This document shows, in pieces, positions 1 to 9,610 of a stretch of DNA of 64,000 nucleotides. The stretch lies in assembly GCA_000146465.1 (NCBI GenBank), contig CP001949.1; one strand, 5' to 3'. Each line of letters starts with the position of its first letter. Position 1 is the first letter of the stretch. Made by a program: the position numbers and the translations under genes. The notes beneath the pieces are model-generated. The model ran no database searches and had not been told where the DNA came from. It saw nothing but the letters and a program-made list of their open reading frames with translations.

Positions 1-581
1 ACAAAGGAAGTGTAGTGGCTGGAGGATGGAACAAGAAAATTGTGTTTGTTAACGGATGTGTGGAAAATGTGATAAATACAGAGAAGAAGGTGTACTGTTC
101 GGATATTTTGAATGATGTTCTTCTAGTAGGCCAGCAAGAATATGTTGTGGCATATGACCTCCGCACAAATTCATTCTTCTTTAGAAGACAGTTCAACACA
201 GTTGTTAGATCACTAGCCTTGGGCCCAGGAGGTTTCTTTGCAGGTACAACCGATGGCCGGATATACTACGAGGACTTTGAGGACAAGTCCAGATCCTATG
301 TGTTCAATGCACATTACTCCATATCGGGAGACTCGAAAATCTTTTATCCTGTAAACTCGATAGTGGTGGGAAAATATCTTCTTTCAGGGGGATCTGACGG
401 AAGAGTACTCAGGTGGAAGCTTGAGGCAAAGAAAACTTACAAAGAAATTGCCTGTGACAAAGTGGGGGTGAGTGGTCTTTGCACAGCAGAGGAAAAAGTG
501 GCCATAGGCTTTTCTTACTCACATGATAGAGGAGAGAAAGAAGAGATGAGTTGCAGCAGAGTAGTGCTGGTTGATTTATAG
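1..581 (+). CDS. Hypothetical protein, 5' end lies outside the window (open frame from position 1; the track start at 15 is a GTG); beta-rich, WD/propeller-like C-terminal fragment
   Basis: Long open frame without an upstream stop or ATG in the window; ends TAG/TAA at 579-581; no recognisable family. Confidence 0.3.
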   Translation, partial: KGSVVAGGWNKKIVFVNGCVENVINTEKKVYCSDILNDVLLVGQQEYVVAYDLRTNSFFFRRQFNTVVRSLALGPGGFFAGTTDGRIYYEDFEDKSRSYVFNAHYSISGDSKIFYPVNSIVVGKYLLSGGSDGRVLRWKLEAKKTYKEIACDKVGVSGLCTAEEKVAIGFSYSHDRGEKEEMSCSRVVLVDL

Positions 582-652
582 GCGGCTTAGGAGTAAAAGA
601 TCTAAAGATAAGTTTCCTAAGGGGTTTATGAGCTCATTGCAAAACCCCCCAA

Positions 653-1153
653 ATGGACTTGAAAACATTAAAGCAAATCTACTTAGATAGACTTGCGCCA
701 AGGCCAGATGTAAGATGGGGAATAACAGGAGTGGCGTTTGTCCTGTACTGCATTCGTATATGGACAACAGGAGCTTTCTACCTAATAACATACTGTCTAG
801 GGATCTATCTTCTCCATGCTCTAATCCTTTTCCTCACGCCAAAGGGAGAGATGATTCCAGATCCTTTCGAGAATATCGAGGATGATGACTATGTTCCAGA
901 GGCAATAGACAACGAGTTCAAGCCCTTCATCCGGAATCTTCCTGAGTTTGACTTTTGGATGTTTGTCACAAAGACAGTCGGGGTAGCACTTGTGGGGACG
1001 TACTTTGACATATTGGACATTCCGGTGTACACACCGATTCTTGTGTTCTATTTTATTTTCATGGTTGGATATACCACAAAGCGCCTAGTTGCACACATGA
1101 AGAAGTACAACTACAATCCGTTTCTCCAAAGTAAGGAGTACTATAAGAAATAA
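653..1153 (+). CDS. RER1: RER1 Golgi-to-ER retrieval receptor
   Basis: 166 aa; aligns along its whole length with Rer1 (motifs RWG..TG..FV.Y..R, LGIY.L..I.FL.PK, PFIR.LPEF.FW, PILV.YF, YNY.PF); ATG preceded by CCCCCCAA. Confidence 0.8.
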   Translation: MDLKTLKQIYLDRLAPRPDVRWGITGVAFVLYCIRIWTTGAFYLITYCLGIYLLHALILFLTPKGEMIPDPFENIEDDDYVPEAIDNEFKPFIRNLPEFDFWMFVTKTVGVALVGTYFDILDIPVYTPILVFYFIFMVGYTTKRLVAHMKKYNYNPFLQSKEYYKK

Positions 1154-1240
1154 AGCACGGTAATTTCTGCATGTTGTCCTGGTTCTAAGCACCGTTGGTG
1201 CAAAAATACACCTGGGATCCACCCTAGGGAATCTTGAGCA

Positions 1241-3628
1241 ATGGAACGGATTAGACTACCACTGAAGCGGCACAAGATCGAGCAAGAGGGAAAAGGCTGG
1301 AGAGGCAGAGAGCAGAAGAAGGTGGATCTGAAACGATTTGTGGAAATGTTTGTCAACCAAGCCTTGAAGGAGATGAAGGAAGCACTTGGGAAATTCCATT
1401 CTATTTCCGAAATAGTGTGCAGAAGGGAATTGAGCGTGTTTTTCAAACAGAAGGCTGCAGACTTTGAATGTTTGTTTCTACTTATAAGTGGAGTTGAGTA
1501 CCTGAAAGAGGCAAATTCAAACAGACATAGGATGGAGAAGATCAAAGATGTAGATGGGGAATATGTGATGATGGCGGATCGACTTGCACATCTGTTTGGA
1601 TCCTTCAAGTCGATGATTGTACCCAAGAGTGATGTCTTTACCTCACTCCAGACGGTTTACAACAGCAGCTATCTTCTTCCAAGTCTTGTTGGAGATAGTA
1701 CTGAGCATGAGGTGGCAAGCTTCGAAGAAATCAATAGAATCACCCGAATGTACTTGGACAAGGAGGATCTGTCTGTTTATGACAGTGTTGTGATTGATCG
1801 AGGTATTACAGTTCTGTCGACCAGATTTTTTTCGTTTAGCCTTGCATTATGTGGAGAGATATCCAGGCCTGAATGGAAACTGATCAATGTCAGGGGAGAT
1901 AACGAGGTCTTCAACCGCCACCTTCTGTTTGGTATGCCCCATCAAATAGACAAGATATCGAGGTTTCTGAGGGTCTATGAGGCACACACGAAGGCCCGGG
2001 ATATATTTCTGATGGTGAAAAGATCTTCCGAGCGCATAGAACTGAGTATAAAGGGCCACTACAAGAGATTTGAGGTTTCTTTTCACGTGTTCAAGATGGC
2101 AGTGCATGTCGAATGCAGCGATATTAACGGGAAGTTGTTTATAGAAGAAGATGTGTTTCCTTCTGGAAAGAATGTGGTAGAGTCGTTTGAAAGTAGAGTT
2201 TCGGAGTATCTCTGCAGGGACGGAAGGAATGCTTCTTTTAGTTTTGAAAAGGGATTTGTAGCTCTTGGAGATGAAGAGATCCAAACCTTCAGAAGTTTTA
2301 CAGACCTAGATGTCTTCTTGGAAAGAAAGAAAGAAAATTCCAGCTTTTATAGCTTTTTTGAGGAAAGATTTCCCTGCTACAGAAACCATAGGACAAACAT
2401 GTTTGGGGATAGAAATGTCTTCATTATAGAAAACGGGCTTTTTGTGTGCATCCGTCTGGTGAGATTTGTAGATAGCCACATGGAGATAAAGGTAATAGTT
2501 GGGAGCTGTGAACTGGTAGACTTTCCGAGTTATACAGAAGTCATCATGGAAGAGGACGATAGAGGAGAGATAGTGGGGATTATAAACGGAGGAAAGGTAA
2601 AGCAATCGACGATCAAGACCGAATCATTGTGCAAATACTTTGAAAAAGGCATGGAGCTTTTGTTTCTTTCCTATAGGCTTCTCCCGATGATCAACGGAAA
2701 GATTAGTGTTGGAGAACAAATCTTGCTGAACCATAGAGTCAAGAATACACAAATTGATATTTATATAGAGAAGAGGGAGGAGAAGTTTATTGTTACAACA
2801 AGCAGATTTGGGGCAAGGACAGCCACAACCTCAGGGGATGTTCATAACTGTGTTGCTTTTGCGTTGCTTCTAATGGATATCTTTACAAGCTCAAAGGATT
2901 CGGAGCTATTGAATGTTATCTCGATTGACCTTTTCAAAGGAACGACGTTGAGAATTTCGGGTCTTCCCGTGTCTCTTAAGCTGGACTGTTCAAAATCCCT
3001 CAAGGCAAGTCCACTGGCTGTGAATTGTGGACTAAGAAACAGTTCTATCCTTGGGGCCCTGGGCCTTCTATACTGTTTCCATGGGTTCTTTTCCAATGGG
3101 CTTGTACCTACAGCTTCCACACCCACAAGTCTGATATTTGTGTTTAGACACCTGTTCAAAGGGCATGTGAAGGTAAAGATGGTTGATAGAACTAAGTACA
3201 TGGTTTCTCTGAATGGAGGTAGAATTAAGGACGCTCTTGGAGGCTTTGGACGTGAGATATCTAGCATGGACACGTCTTTTCCTCGAAAGCTATCTTCCTT
3301 CTACTTCAAGGAAAAGATTGGATTAATATCCGATGTGGCAAGGAAGAGTTATAAAATAACTGCCAGTGAAAGCGAGGTGAGCATTTCAACAGCCTGTGGA
3401 AACTTCAAGATCTATATCGAAGATTGCAGATGTAAATTTCAGATCTGCTCCATCAACACAGTCGAACCAAGCGATCAGTTCATAGAAGCCATCAGCGAGT
3501 ATTTTGGAGAGGCTATGAGTGAAGGAAGAGATATTCCTAGTTGTATAAAGCTTTTAGACAGTTCAGAAGAACTTAAGAGACTGTTTGAAAACATTGAGTC
3601 GAAGAGAAAAGGGAATTACAGTAACTAG
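1241..3628 (+). CDS. Hypothetical 795-aa protein (weak resemblance of the N-terminus to the Mediator Med14/Rgr1 N-domain; not supported further)
   Basis: Long intact ORF with an ATG start; upstream GGATCCACCC motif; no strong family signature. Confidence 0.4.
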   Translation: MERIRLPLKRHKIEQEGKGWRGREQKKVDLKRFVEMFVNQALKEMKEALGKFHSISEIVCRRELSVFFKQKAADFECLFLLISGVEYLKEANSNRHRMEKIKDVDGEYVMMADRLAHLFGSFKSMIVPKSDVFTSLQTVYNSSYLLPSLVGDSTEHEVASFEEINRITRMYLDKEDLSVYDSVVIDRGITVLSTRFFSFSLALCGEISRPEWKLINVRGDNEVFNRHLLFGMPHQIDKISRFLRVYEAHTKARDIFLMVKRSSERIELSIKGHYKRFEVSFHVFKMAVHVECSDINGKLFIEEDVFPSGKNVVESFESRVSEYLCRDGRNASFSFEKGFVALGDEEIQTFRSFTDLDVFLERKKENSSFYSFFEERFPCYRNHRTNMFGDRNVFIIENGLFVCIRLVRFVDSHMEIKVIVGSCELVDFPSYTEVIMEEDDRGEIVGIINGGKVKQSTIKTESLCKYFEKGMELLFLSYRLLPMINGKISVGEQILLNHRVKNTQIDIYIEKREEKFIVTTSRFGARTATTSGDVHNCVAFALLLMDIFTSSKDSELLNVISIDLFKGTTLRISGLPVSLKLDCSKSLKASPLAVNCGLRNSSILGALGLLYCFHGFFSNGLVPTASTPTSLIFVFRHLFKGHVKVKMVDRTKYMVSLNGGRIKDALGGFGREISSMDTSFPRKLSSFYFKEKIGLISDVARKSYKITASESEVSISTACGNFKIYIEDCRCKFQICSINTVEPSDQFIEAISEYFGEAMSEGRDIPSCIKLLDSSEELKRLFENIESKRKGNYSN

Positions 3629-3715
3629 GTTTATTAAACAGCCCTTCCTAGGAGAAATTCGGCCTGTTTTTTTCCTGTTTGTGGACACGAAGCTGTGATA
3701 TCTAAACTTATTTAT

Positions 3716-4822
3716 TTACACTTCCTCGATGCTGTTGACTGCCAGGGTATCGAATGTATTTCTTCTGCAGAATAGAATATAAAAAATCGAGCCAATGAAC
3801 GAGAAGATAAGGACAACAGCCAACGGGAGAGCAACAAGGACCATCTGGGGCCCAACCCCAAGAACAAGACATACAGTCAAGAGGGTCACAAGCATGCTGA
3901 TGTGTGCAGTAAGAACTCTTTTCCATCCAAGAACCTCTTCGTTTTCATCTTCCGAGGCCGTTTCAAGGAGCGCAAAGAAGTCATTCTGTGTTCTGTCTAT
4001 TTCAAAAAGAAAGTCGTCGTCTGCATCCAGGGTGTTCCTCCGGAAGTACTCTCTGATCTCCGGCTGCATCAGAAAGTCGTCGTCCGAAGCGAAATAGTTG
4101 GCACTGTACATCACGCTTCTTTCTGGAGGAATTGACTTAGGCATAGCTATTGTGCCTTTCTGAATCTTTTCTATGATCTCTCTGGGATTTTCCTCCATGC
4201 TACTTATCTTCAAGGATCGGTCGCTAGCATCGAGACTGTCTCTTGACTTATGACATCTCTTGTTGTCCTCCGATGCCTCTTCTACCTTGTGTCTGAACAC
4301 CTGTGAAAACGCCTTTTTTGTTGTTTTGCCTTCCACCTTGGTTTCTATGAAGAAATACTCAACAAGTGCTCTGTCGACTTCTTGGGGCGGGACTTTGTAA
4401 TAGTAAACCTGCCCTAGTATATACATGTTGTTAAGGGGGTTTCGAACCTTCATTCTGTGCAACAATCTTCTGTCAGACTCAAACCTGAATAGTATCCTAT
4501 TCAATTCTGATGCAGCGTAGTAGAAGTTGTATATGACGCTCTGGTCATCTGGATCTGGAGTTGTGACTCTTGCAAGTATGAAGTCCTTATTCTTCGACCT
4601 GCAGTCCAATACTATTGTTTTGAACTCTTCTAAAGTGAAAGTTTCAACAGTGTTTGCATCCAGTACGTCCAATTCATCGCCTTCTCCATATGCCAGGTTG
4701 TTTGGACCCCCGACTATCCTGATTTTGGATGGCATTCCCTTGGATTTCTCATACAGATCTAGTGTCTCTTTTGCCATCCGGCTTGAACTTGTTTGTAAAC
4801 AAATAAAAATATATTTGGCCAT
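3716..4822 (-). CDS. Tail-anchored membrane protein, family member A (paralogue of 11411..12232); the true start may be the internal ATG at 4777
   Basis: Shares a conserved ~110-aa N-terminal domain (FTLE.FK, KDF, VTT.DP, YYAA.ELNRILF, R.PINN, G.V.YYK) with the ORF at 11411; single C-terminal hydrophobic segment. Confidence 0.45.
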   Translation of the reverse strand: MAKYIFICLQTSSSRMAKETLDLYEKSKGMPSKIRIVGGPNNLAYGEGDELDVLDANTVETFTLEEFKTIVLDCRSKNKDFILARVTTPDPDDQSVIYNFYYAASELNRILFRFESDRRLLHRMKVRNPLNNMYILGQVYYYKVPPQEVDRALVEYFFIETKVEGKTTKKAFSQVFRHKVEEASEDNKRCHKSRDSLDASDRSLKISSMEENPREIIEKIQKGTIAMPKSIPPERSVMYSANYFASDDDFLMQPEIREYFRRNTLDADDDFLFEIDRTQNDFFALLETASEDENEEVLGWKRVLTAHISMLVTLLTVCLVLGVGPQMVLVALPLAVVLIFSFIGSIFYILFCRRNTFDTLAVNSIEEV

Positions 4823-4978
4823 GTGATTAAATTAAAAACAATGGCCTTCCTTCCCTTGCTTGGCGATCCATGCTTCTTTCCTGGAAATACTGTCCATTCG
4901 TGTTCTGGGGAGTTGTAAACCTTTTATTTGCTAATCTGAAACAGACAGTAATAAAAGAAGCTTGACAGTAAACAAAAA

Positions 4979-5572
4979 ATGCCTGGCATCAAGGAGGATA
5001 TGAAGACCTATACATTCAAGATGGTGGTTCTTGGATACTATTCGGTGGGTAAGAGCAGCTTGGTGCTCAAGTATGTCAAGGGGGAGTTCAATCCAAATGA
5101 GGAGAGTACCATAGGTGCATCGTTCTTAACAAAAACTGTTTTTACTCCTGAAGGAAGCATCAAGTTCGAAATATGGGACACTGCAGGCCAGGAAAGATAC
5201 AACAGCCTGATTCCGATGTATTACCGTGGGGCGCAGGTGGCCCTGATAGTTTATGATATAACTTCTGTGGAAAGCTTCGAAACTGCAAAGAGATGGGTTG
5301 AAGAGCTTAGCTTTGAGAAGCCAAGGGAGTTCATCAAGGTTCTGATTGGAAATAAGTCCGATCTAGAGGAAGACCGAAAAGTAGAGTTCCAGCAGGGAAA
5401 GGAATATGCAGATAGTCAAAACCTTCTATTCTTCGAGTCGAGTGCAAAGACAGGAAAAAACATAGCCGAGATATTTAATGCAATTGCAGAGAAAGTTCCA
5501 AAAGAGGAGGTCAAGAAAAACACAAAAGGATTTAGGCTGAGAGATGATTACATAAAATACCTTTGCTGCTGA
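4979..5572 (+). CDS. Rab5/Ypt51-family small GTPase
   Basis: G1 GYYSVGKSS, switch II WDTAGQERY, NKSDL, SAK; C-terminal CC prenylation motif; closest by eye to the Rab5 subfamily. Confidence 0.8.
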   Translation: MPGIKEDMKTYTFKMVVLGYYSVGKSSLVLKYVKGEFNPNEESTIGASFLTKTVFTPEGSIKFEIWDTAGQERYNSLIPMYYRGAQVALIVYDITSVESFETAKRWVEELSFEKPREFIKVLIGNKSDLEEDRKVEFQQGKEYADSQNLLFFESSAKTGKNIAEIFNAIAEKVPKEEVKKNTKGFRLRDDYIKYLCC

Positions 5573-5584
5573 TCTTTATTTACT

Positions 5585-6304
5585 TTAAATGTTTGTAATC
5601 TCGAGGACAGATCTTCTGAGTCTTATGTAAGACTCGATCGATCCACATTTCTCGAGGAACTTCCCTTCATCTAGTGCTTCGCAGAGCAGAGGATCGATTT
5701 TCAGCTCGCATATAAAGCGAACACCCATCTCCATTGCAAGTCTTTCTCCTCCTCTTGCCCCAAATATGTTGGTGGGGTTTCCACAGGACTCGCAGCAGTA
5801 TCCACTCATATTCTCCACAAGCCCGAGAATCTGGATTCCATTAGAAATGCAAAAGTCAATTGCTCTCGAAGAATCTCCTAGGGAGATGTTCTGCGGAGTA
5901 GTGGCAATCAAAACACTAATGTCCTTTCCAACCAGAAATCCATGTTCCTCAGATATTCCTGGAGGCATATCAATCACTACGTTATCAAAGCCATCGGCCG
6001 ATTCATAGAACATCGATAATACAGACATCTTCTTTGGACCTCTCCATATCACAGAGTCACTTTCCTTCATAAGCAAAGCCATCGAAAGTATGTACAAGTT
6101 CTCAGATGCTTTGGCCGGAATCAATCCCTTCTCTCCTTTGTATATCTTTTCCTTAATCCCAAGTCCACTAGCCACACTTGGCCCACACAGATCAAAGTCC
6201 AACAGCAGTGTCTTTCCTCTTTCGGACATCGCCGTGCTCAGCATGATAGAGATCGAGCTTTTTCCAACTCCTCCCTTACCACTCATAACAGCCACCATGA
6301 CCAT
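5585..6304 (-). CDS. Cfd1/Nbp35-type (Mrp/NBP35 family) P-loop ATPase, cytosolic Fe-S cluster assembly
   Basis: MSGKGGVGKS deviant Walker A at the N-terminus; C-terminal CxxC-type cysteines (GYCCESCG); ATG preceded by a CCCC run; convergent with the Rab gene at a 12-bp spacing. Confidence 0.7.
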   Translation of the reverse strand: MVMVAVMSGKGGVGKSSISIMLSTAMSERGKTLLLDFDLCGPSVASGLGIKEKIYKGEKGLIPAKASENLYILSMALLMKESDSVIWRGPKKMSVLSMFYESADGFDNVVIDMPPGISEEHGFLVGKDISVLIATTPQNISLGDSSRAIDFCISNGIQILGLVENMSGYCCESCGNPTNIFGARGGERLAMEMGVRFICELKIDPLLCEALDEGKFLEKCGSIESYIRLRRSVLEITNI

Positions 6305-6328
6305 ACAAGGGGTGCCCCAATCAGTCTA

Positions 6329-6937
6329 TCATTCAATTTCTTCCGACTCATTTACAGACGCCAGTTTCTTCACAAATACTCTTTCCTTCCTTTTCACTAC
6401 AGGCAATCTTCTTGGCTTGGCTGTTGGAAGTAGTATAGAGGGAAACTCCTTGATGTTATGCACCTTTGCATTAGGCCTGTCTTGGAATTTTATCTTTCTT
6501 TTCCGTCTTCTACTTATGTGCTCTGGACATCTGCTTTCTCCATCAAACACAAGAACAACATATCTGTATCCAGAATTCTTGAGAGTATTCTTTTCAACAA
6601 TTTCCTTCATACATTTTTTTTTTGTTCCCTTTGCATGACCATTCGAGTCCTTCTTGGCTAACGGATCTTTCCCCTTCCTCATTTGGTATCCAACAGACAC
6701 TTTTCTTTTCCTAATCGTCCCATCTTCTACAAGCTTTGCTTCCTTTTTCTTTCTAGGCTTCCTTCTTTTAAAAGCCCCGAAGCCCAACTCAGTCTTATTT
6801 TCTTCGAGCCTCTTCGCCATTCCCCTTTTCAATATCTCACTTCGGAGTCCGATGTTGTTTAGTAGTGAGTATTCCCTATTTAGAAGATACATATCTATCT
6901 CCCTCTTAGAAGGCCTTCCTATAAATATTTCATCCAT
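6329..6937 (-). CDS. Basic lysine/arginine-rich hypothetical protein (nucleolar-type composition)
   Basis: ORF downstream of ERCC4 on the same strand; first in-frame ATG (MDEIF) at 6937 overlaps the last codons of ERCC4; an alternative ATG lies at 6892. Confidence 0.3.
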   Translation of the reverse strand: MDEIFIGRPSKREIDMYLLNREYSLLNNIGLRSEILKRGMAKRLEENKTELGFGAFKRRKPRKKKEAKLVEDGTIRKRKVSVGYQMRKGKDPLAKKDSNGHAKGTKKKCMKEIVEKNTLKNSGYRYVVLVFDGESRCPEHISRRRKRKIKFQDRPNAKVHNIKEFPSILLPTAKPRRLPVVKRKERVFVKKLASVNESEEIE

Positions 6938-9116
6938 CAATTTCCTCCCCTGCTTTGGCTTTTGTTTTATTCTCTCCTCCGCCCTCCTGCCTGAAGAAGT
7001 TGTATATAAGAACACCATTCTCTCTCCCAAGAGTCAACTCAAGGCGATCCATGCTGGAGAATATGAGGTCCTTCAGGCTCTTGAAACATTTTCGAACCTT
7101 TAGGATGTTGAACTGTGTTATTCCAGGAATACTCAGAAGTATCTCATGGAGGACGGGGTCCATCTTATGCCTTTCAGAAACACTTGGTACATCTTCCTTC
7201 CTCTGAAGATCTCTTATCACCTTTGTGGAAAATAGTCTTGACTCAGACCAGATAACCCTCAGCATTCCGAAGTTAAACAGAAGCAAGGCAAACTTTGCTG
7301 CAATGCTGTTTTTGAATGTGTCCTGGTCATAGCGGTAGTGGTCAGACAGACATGGCCTTCCATCAAACTCAAGGAGGAGAACAGGGCTTGGATACCTGTG
7401 GCATAGCATGCTCATCTGAGAATAAAGCCTTCCTGTCCCTAGAGATGATATAAAGTCGGAGATCGATTTTCTTTCGATGCAGATTGTGGGCCCTATTAGG
7501 TAATCTCCAGTGGGAAGAGTGGAAATGCATATCTTGTTTCTTGCCCTGAACAGAAAGAAGGGAAGTTCGGCTCTTAGCTCCCTGGAGTCAACCACAACCG
7601 TGTAGTCCTTCTCTCCCGACTCATGCTCCTCTAGATCAATCACATCCTCCCCATCCAATTGCAAAGGAAGTCTTGATCTCTCTTCTATGAGCTTTTCAAA
7701 CGATGTCTTTTCTCTTCTTATCTCATTCAAGTATCTTTGTTCCTCTAGAGACGAGGAGTGCATAAGGAAAAACACTTTAACAGGATGCATCACCCTGTAT
7801 CTTTCTATCTTCCTAACGCTGTCCTGCCCAGATTCTACAAAAATCACATTCTCATAACTGCTCTCGTAATACTTGAACTCGTAGTGGGTCAAGATCTTTA
7901 CTGTGTTCTCCTTCTTTTCAATACTCTCGACAGAGACTAGACCAAACACAACAAAAACATTTAAGATCATGTTCCTGACTGCACGGTTGGAAACTAATAC
8001 TATCGACGATGCCTCTCCTAACTCCTGCAGAATCTCTATCAATTTCTTGATCTTTGGATTCAAGGTATAGAAGGCTCTTAACTTGGAATCGGAAAGTCCC
8101 AAGAGAGATTCCAGTTCATTCTTCTCATTTCTCTTTTCCTTCTGCTCCCTAATATCTTCTATTTTTTGGATTGCTTCTTCAAACTGTTCTCTGGCTCCAT
8201 CAATTAGTACATGAGATATTGGTAGATTGATCCATGTGCTATCCTTTCCAAGTTCTACTTGCTTCTTTACAATTTCCTTGACATATCCATAGAACGATCC
8301 TGGATCGCAAGAAAACAGCAGAAAAATCAATCCACGTATGTCATACAGATCCTCCATTATCCTGCTGTTCAAAACGTTCATCTGCTTGAATGTCTTGCGG
8401 ATACTTCCAAATATTATGGCCTCTGCATCCACCTCCTCTCGATCAGGACCTCTGAAGGCCATTTTCAGAAGCCCGTTGATGATCTCCAAAAGAATCACTT
8501 GGAGATGACTGCGGCTCTCCGACATTTTGAACTTGATCTCAACAACATCTGCATCCCCTTTCAAGGACTTCTCGACCGAGGAATGGAATCGTGGGAAAAA
8601 AACAACCTTGTTCATCTTCAGGCTTTTCATCTTCCTGGCTAGCGGAGAGAACCCAAGAGAAAGAGGCACAGGCGACTCCGAAAACCCGTTTATGAATCCT
8701 GTTTTATTCTTTGATCTGAAGACATGGCTGATGAAGGACTCCAGCGATGTCTCTGTTACTGTCTCTGCATGGTTGACAAGAATGCAATCTATTTTCTCAA
8801 CATCCACTGTGCCGTCAATCATGTCTGCAAGAAATACACGGCTACTTGCAATAAACACTCCTCCATTGAGATACTTTTCTCTCCTTCTTGTCCTTGGCAA
8901 AGTTCTTACATCATGAAGGAAAGGAGACTCCATCCTCAGAAGCATCGATTCGTCCTCTGTATTGAAATTCACCAGAAGCACAAGATAGGTCTTCTCCAGA
9001 TACTTCTTTACCACCTCCAAAATTATCCCTTGGATGTTAAGGCCTCCCCCCATTACAAGAAGGCTGTTTTGTCCGTCGCATGTTTGAAGTGCTTCTTTCT
9101 CGTACTCCAAGAGCAT
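6930..9116 (-). CDS. XPF/ERCC4 (Rad1) structure-specific endonuclease
   Basis: N-terminus MLLEYEK aligns with the XPF start (LLEYE...); helicase-like domain; C-terminal ERCC4 nuclease motifs (ERKS.SDF..S...GRL..Q) and a tandem HhH; the track ORF extends to 9581 but residues upstream of M156 are non-homologous and overlap Rpb4 on the other strand. Confidence 0.8.
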   Translation of the reverse strand: MLLEYEKEALQTCDGQNSLLVMGGGLNIQGIILEVVKKYLEKTYLVLLVNFNTEDESMLLRMESPFLHDVRTLPRTRRREKYLNGGVFIASSRVFLADMIDGTVDVEKIDCILVNHAETVTETSLESFISHVFRSKNKTGFINGFSESPVPLSLGFSPLARKMKSLKMNKVVFFPRFHSSVEKSLKGDADVVEIKFKMSESRSHLQVILLEIINGLLKMAFRGPDREEVDAEAIIFGSIRKTFKQMNVLNSRIMEDLYDIRGLIFLLFSCDPGSFYGYVKEIVKKQVELGKDSTWINLPISHVLIDGAREQFEEAIQKIEDIREQKEKRNEKNELESLLGLSDSKLRAFYTLNPKIKKLIEILQELGEASSIVLVSNRAVRNMILNVFVVFGLVSVESIEKKENTVKILTHYEFKYYESSYENVIFVESGQDSVRKIERYRVMHPVKVFFLMHSSSLEEQRYLNEIRREKTSFEKLIEERSRLPLQLDGEDVIDLEEHESGEKDYTVVVDSRELRAELPFFLFRARNKICISTLPTGDYLIGPTICIERKSISDFISSLGTGRLYSQMSMLCHRYPSPVLLLEFDGRPCLSDHYRYDQDTFKNSIAAKFALLLFNFGMLRVIWSESRLFSTKVIRDLQRKEDVPSVSERHKMDPVLHEILLSIPGITQFNILKVRKCFKSLKDLIFSSMDRLELTLGRENGVLIYNFFRQEGGGENKTKAKAGEEIDG

Positions 9117-9171
9117 TTTGGGATTAGAAGATGACATGCTCAAGTGAGAGATATTTTCAAGCCCTAAATCG

Positions 9172-9534
9172 ATGGAAATCGATGAGTGTGCTGAGGATAT
9201 AAAAGACTCCCATCCAGTTATGCTTGCCGAGGCAAGATATTTGCTTGAAGGACAGAAAGAAAGATTCCGAGCAGATTTTAGATCGAATGCATCGAAGATA
9301 TTTAGATCAACATTAGGATATTTGGACGAGTTCTGCAGGATTAAAGACAAGTCGGTTGCAGAAGACCTCCGAACAACCTTTTCTGGATTAGGGTTCAGCG
9401 AGGTTGAGATAGCCTTGCTTGGATCCCTATTCCCCCAGTCTGTTGAGGAGGCCAAGTCACTCATTCCATCTCTGGCGTCTAAGGATGATGACACAATCAG
9501 CCATGCTGTTGAGAAGATACAGCAGCTTATGTGA
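9172..9534 (+). CDS. RNA polymerase II subunit Rpb4
   Basis: 120 aa; C-terminal half FPQSVEEAKSLIPSL...EKIQ matches the Rpb4/HRDC-like signature (CPET.EEAKALIPSL...IQ); ATG preceded by GCCCTAAATCG. Confidence 0.6.
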   Translation: MEIDECAEDIKDSHPVMLAEARYLLEGQKERFRADFRSNASKIFRSTLGYLDEFCRIKDKSVAEDLRTTFSGLGFSEVEIALLGSLFPQSVEEAKSLIPSLASKDDDTISHAVEKIQQLM

Positions 9535-9610
9535 TGAGCTTTGGAAGGAAGGAAAGACACTATTAAATTCTTAAGACCCAAATACCATGTAAATTCTTGA
9601 AGTACAACCC

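Noticed and set aside
7758-9134. Numerous 60-140-aa ORFs antisense to or nested within ERCC4, ELP3, COPB and other long genes (for example 8259-8642, 8527-8916, 8724-9134, 43000-43263, 44570-45130)
   Set aside because: They lie inside well-supported conserved genes on the other strand or in other frames and show low-complexity translations. They are typical spurious ORFs.
9117-9581. The N-terminal 155 codons of the track's ERCC4 ORF
   Set aside because: They have no homology to XPF, their composition is low complexity, and they overlap a conserved Rpb4 gene on the other strand.
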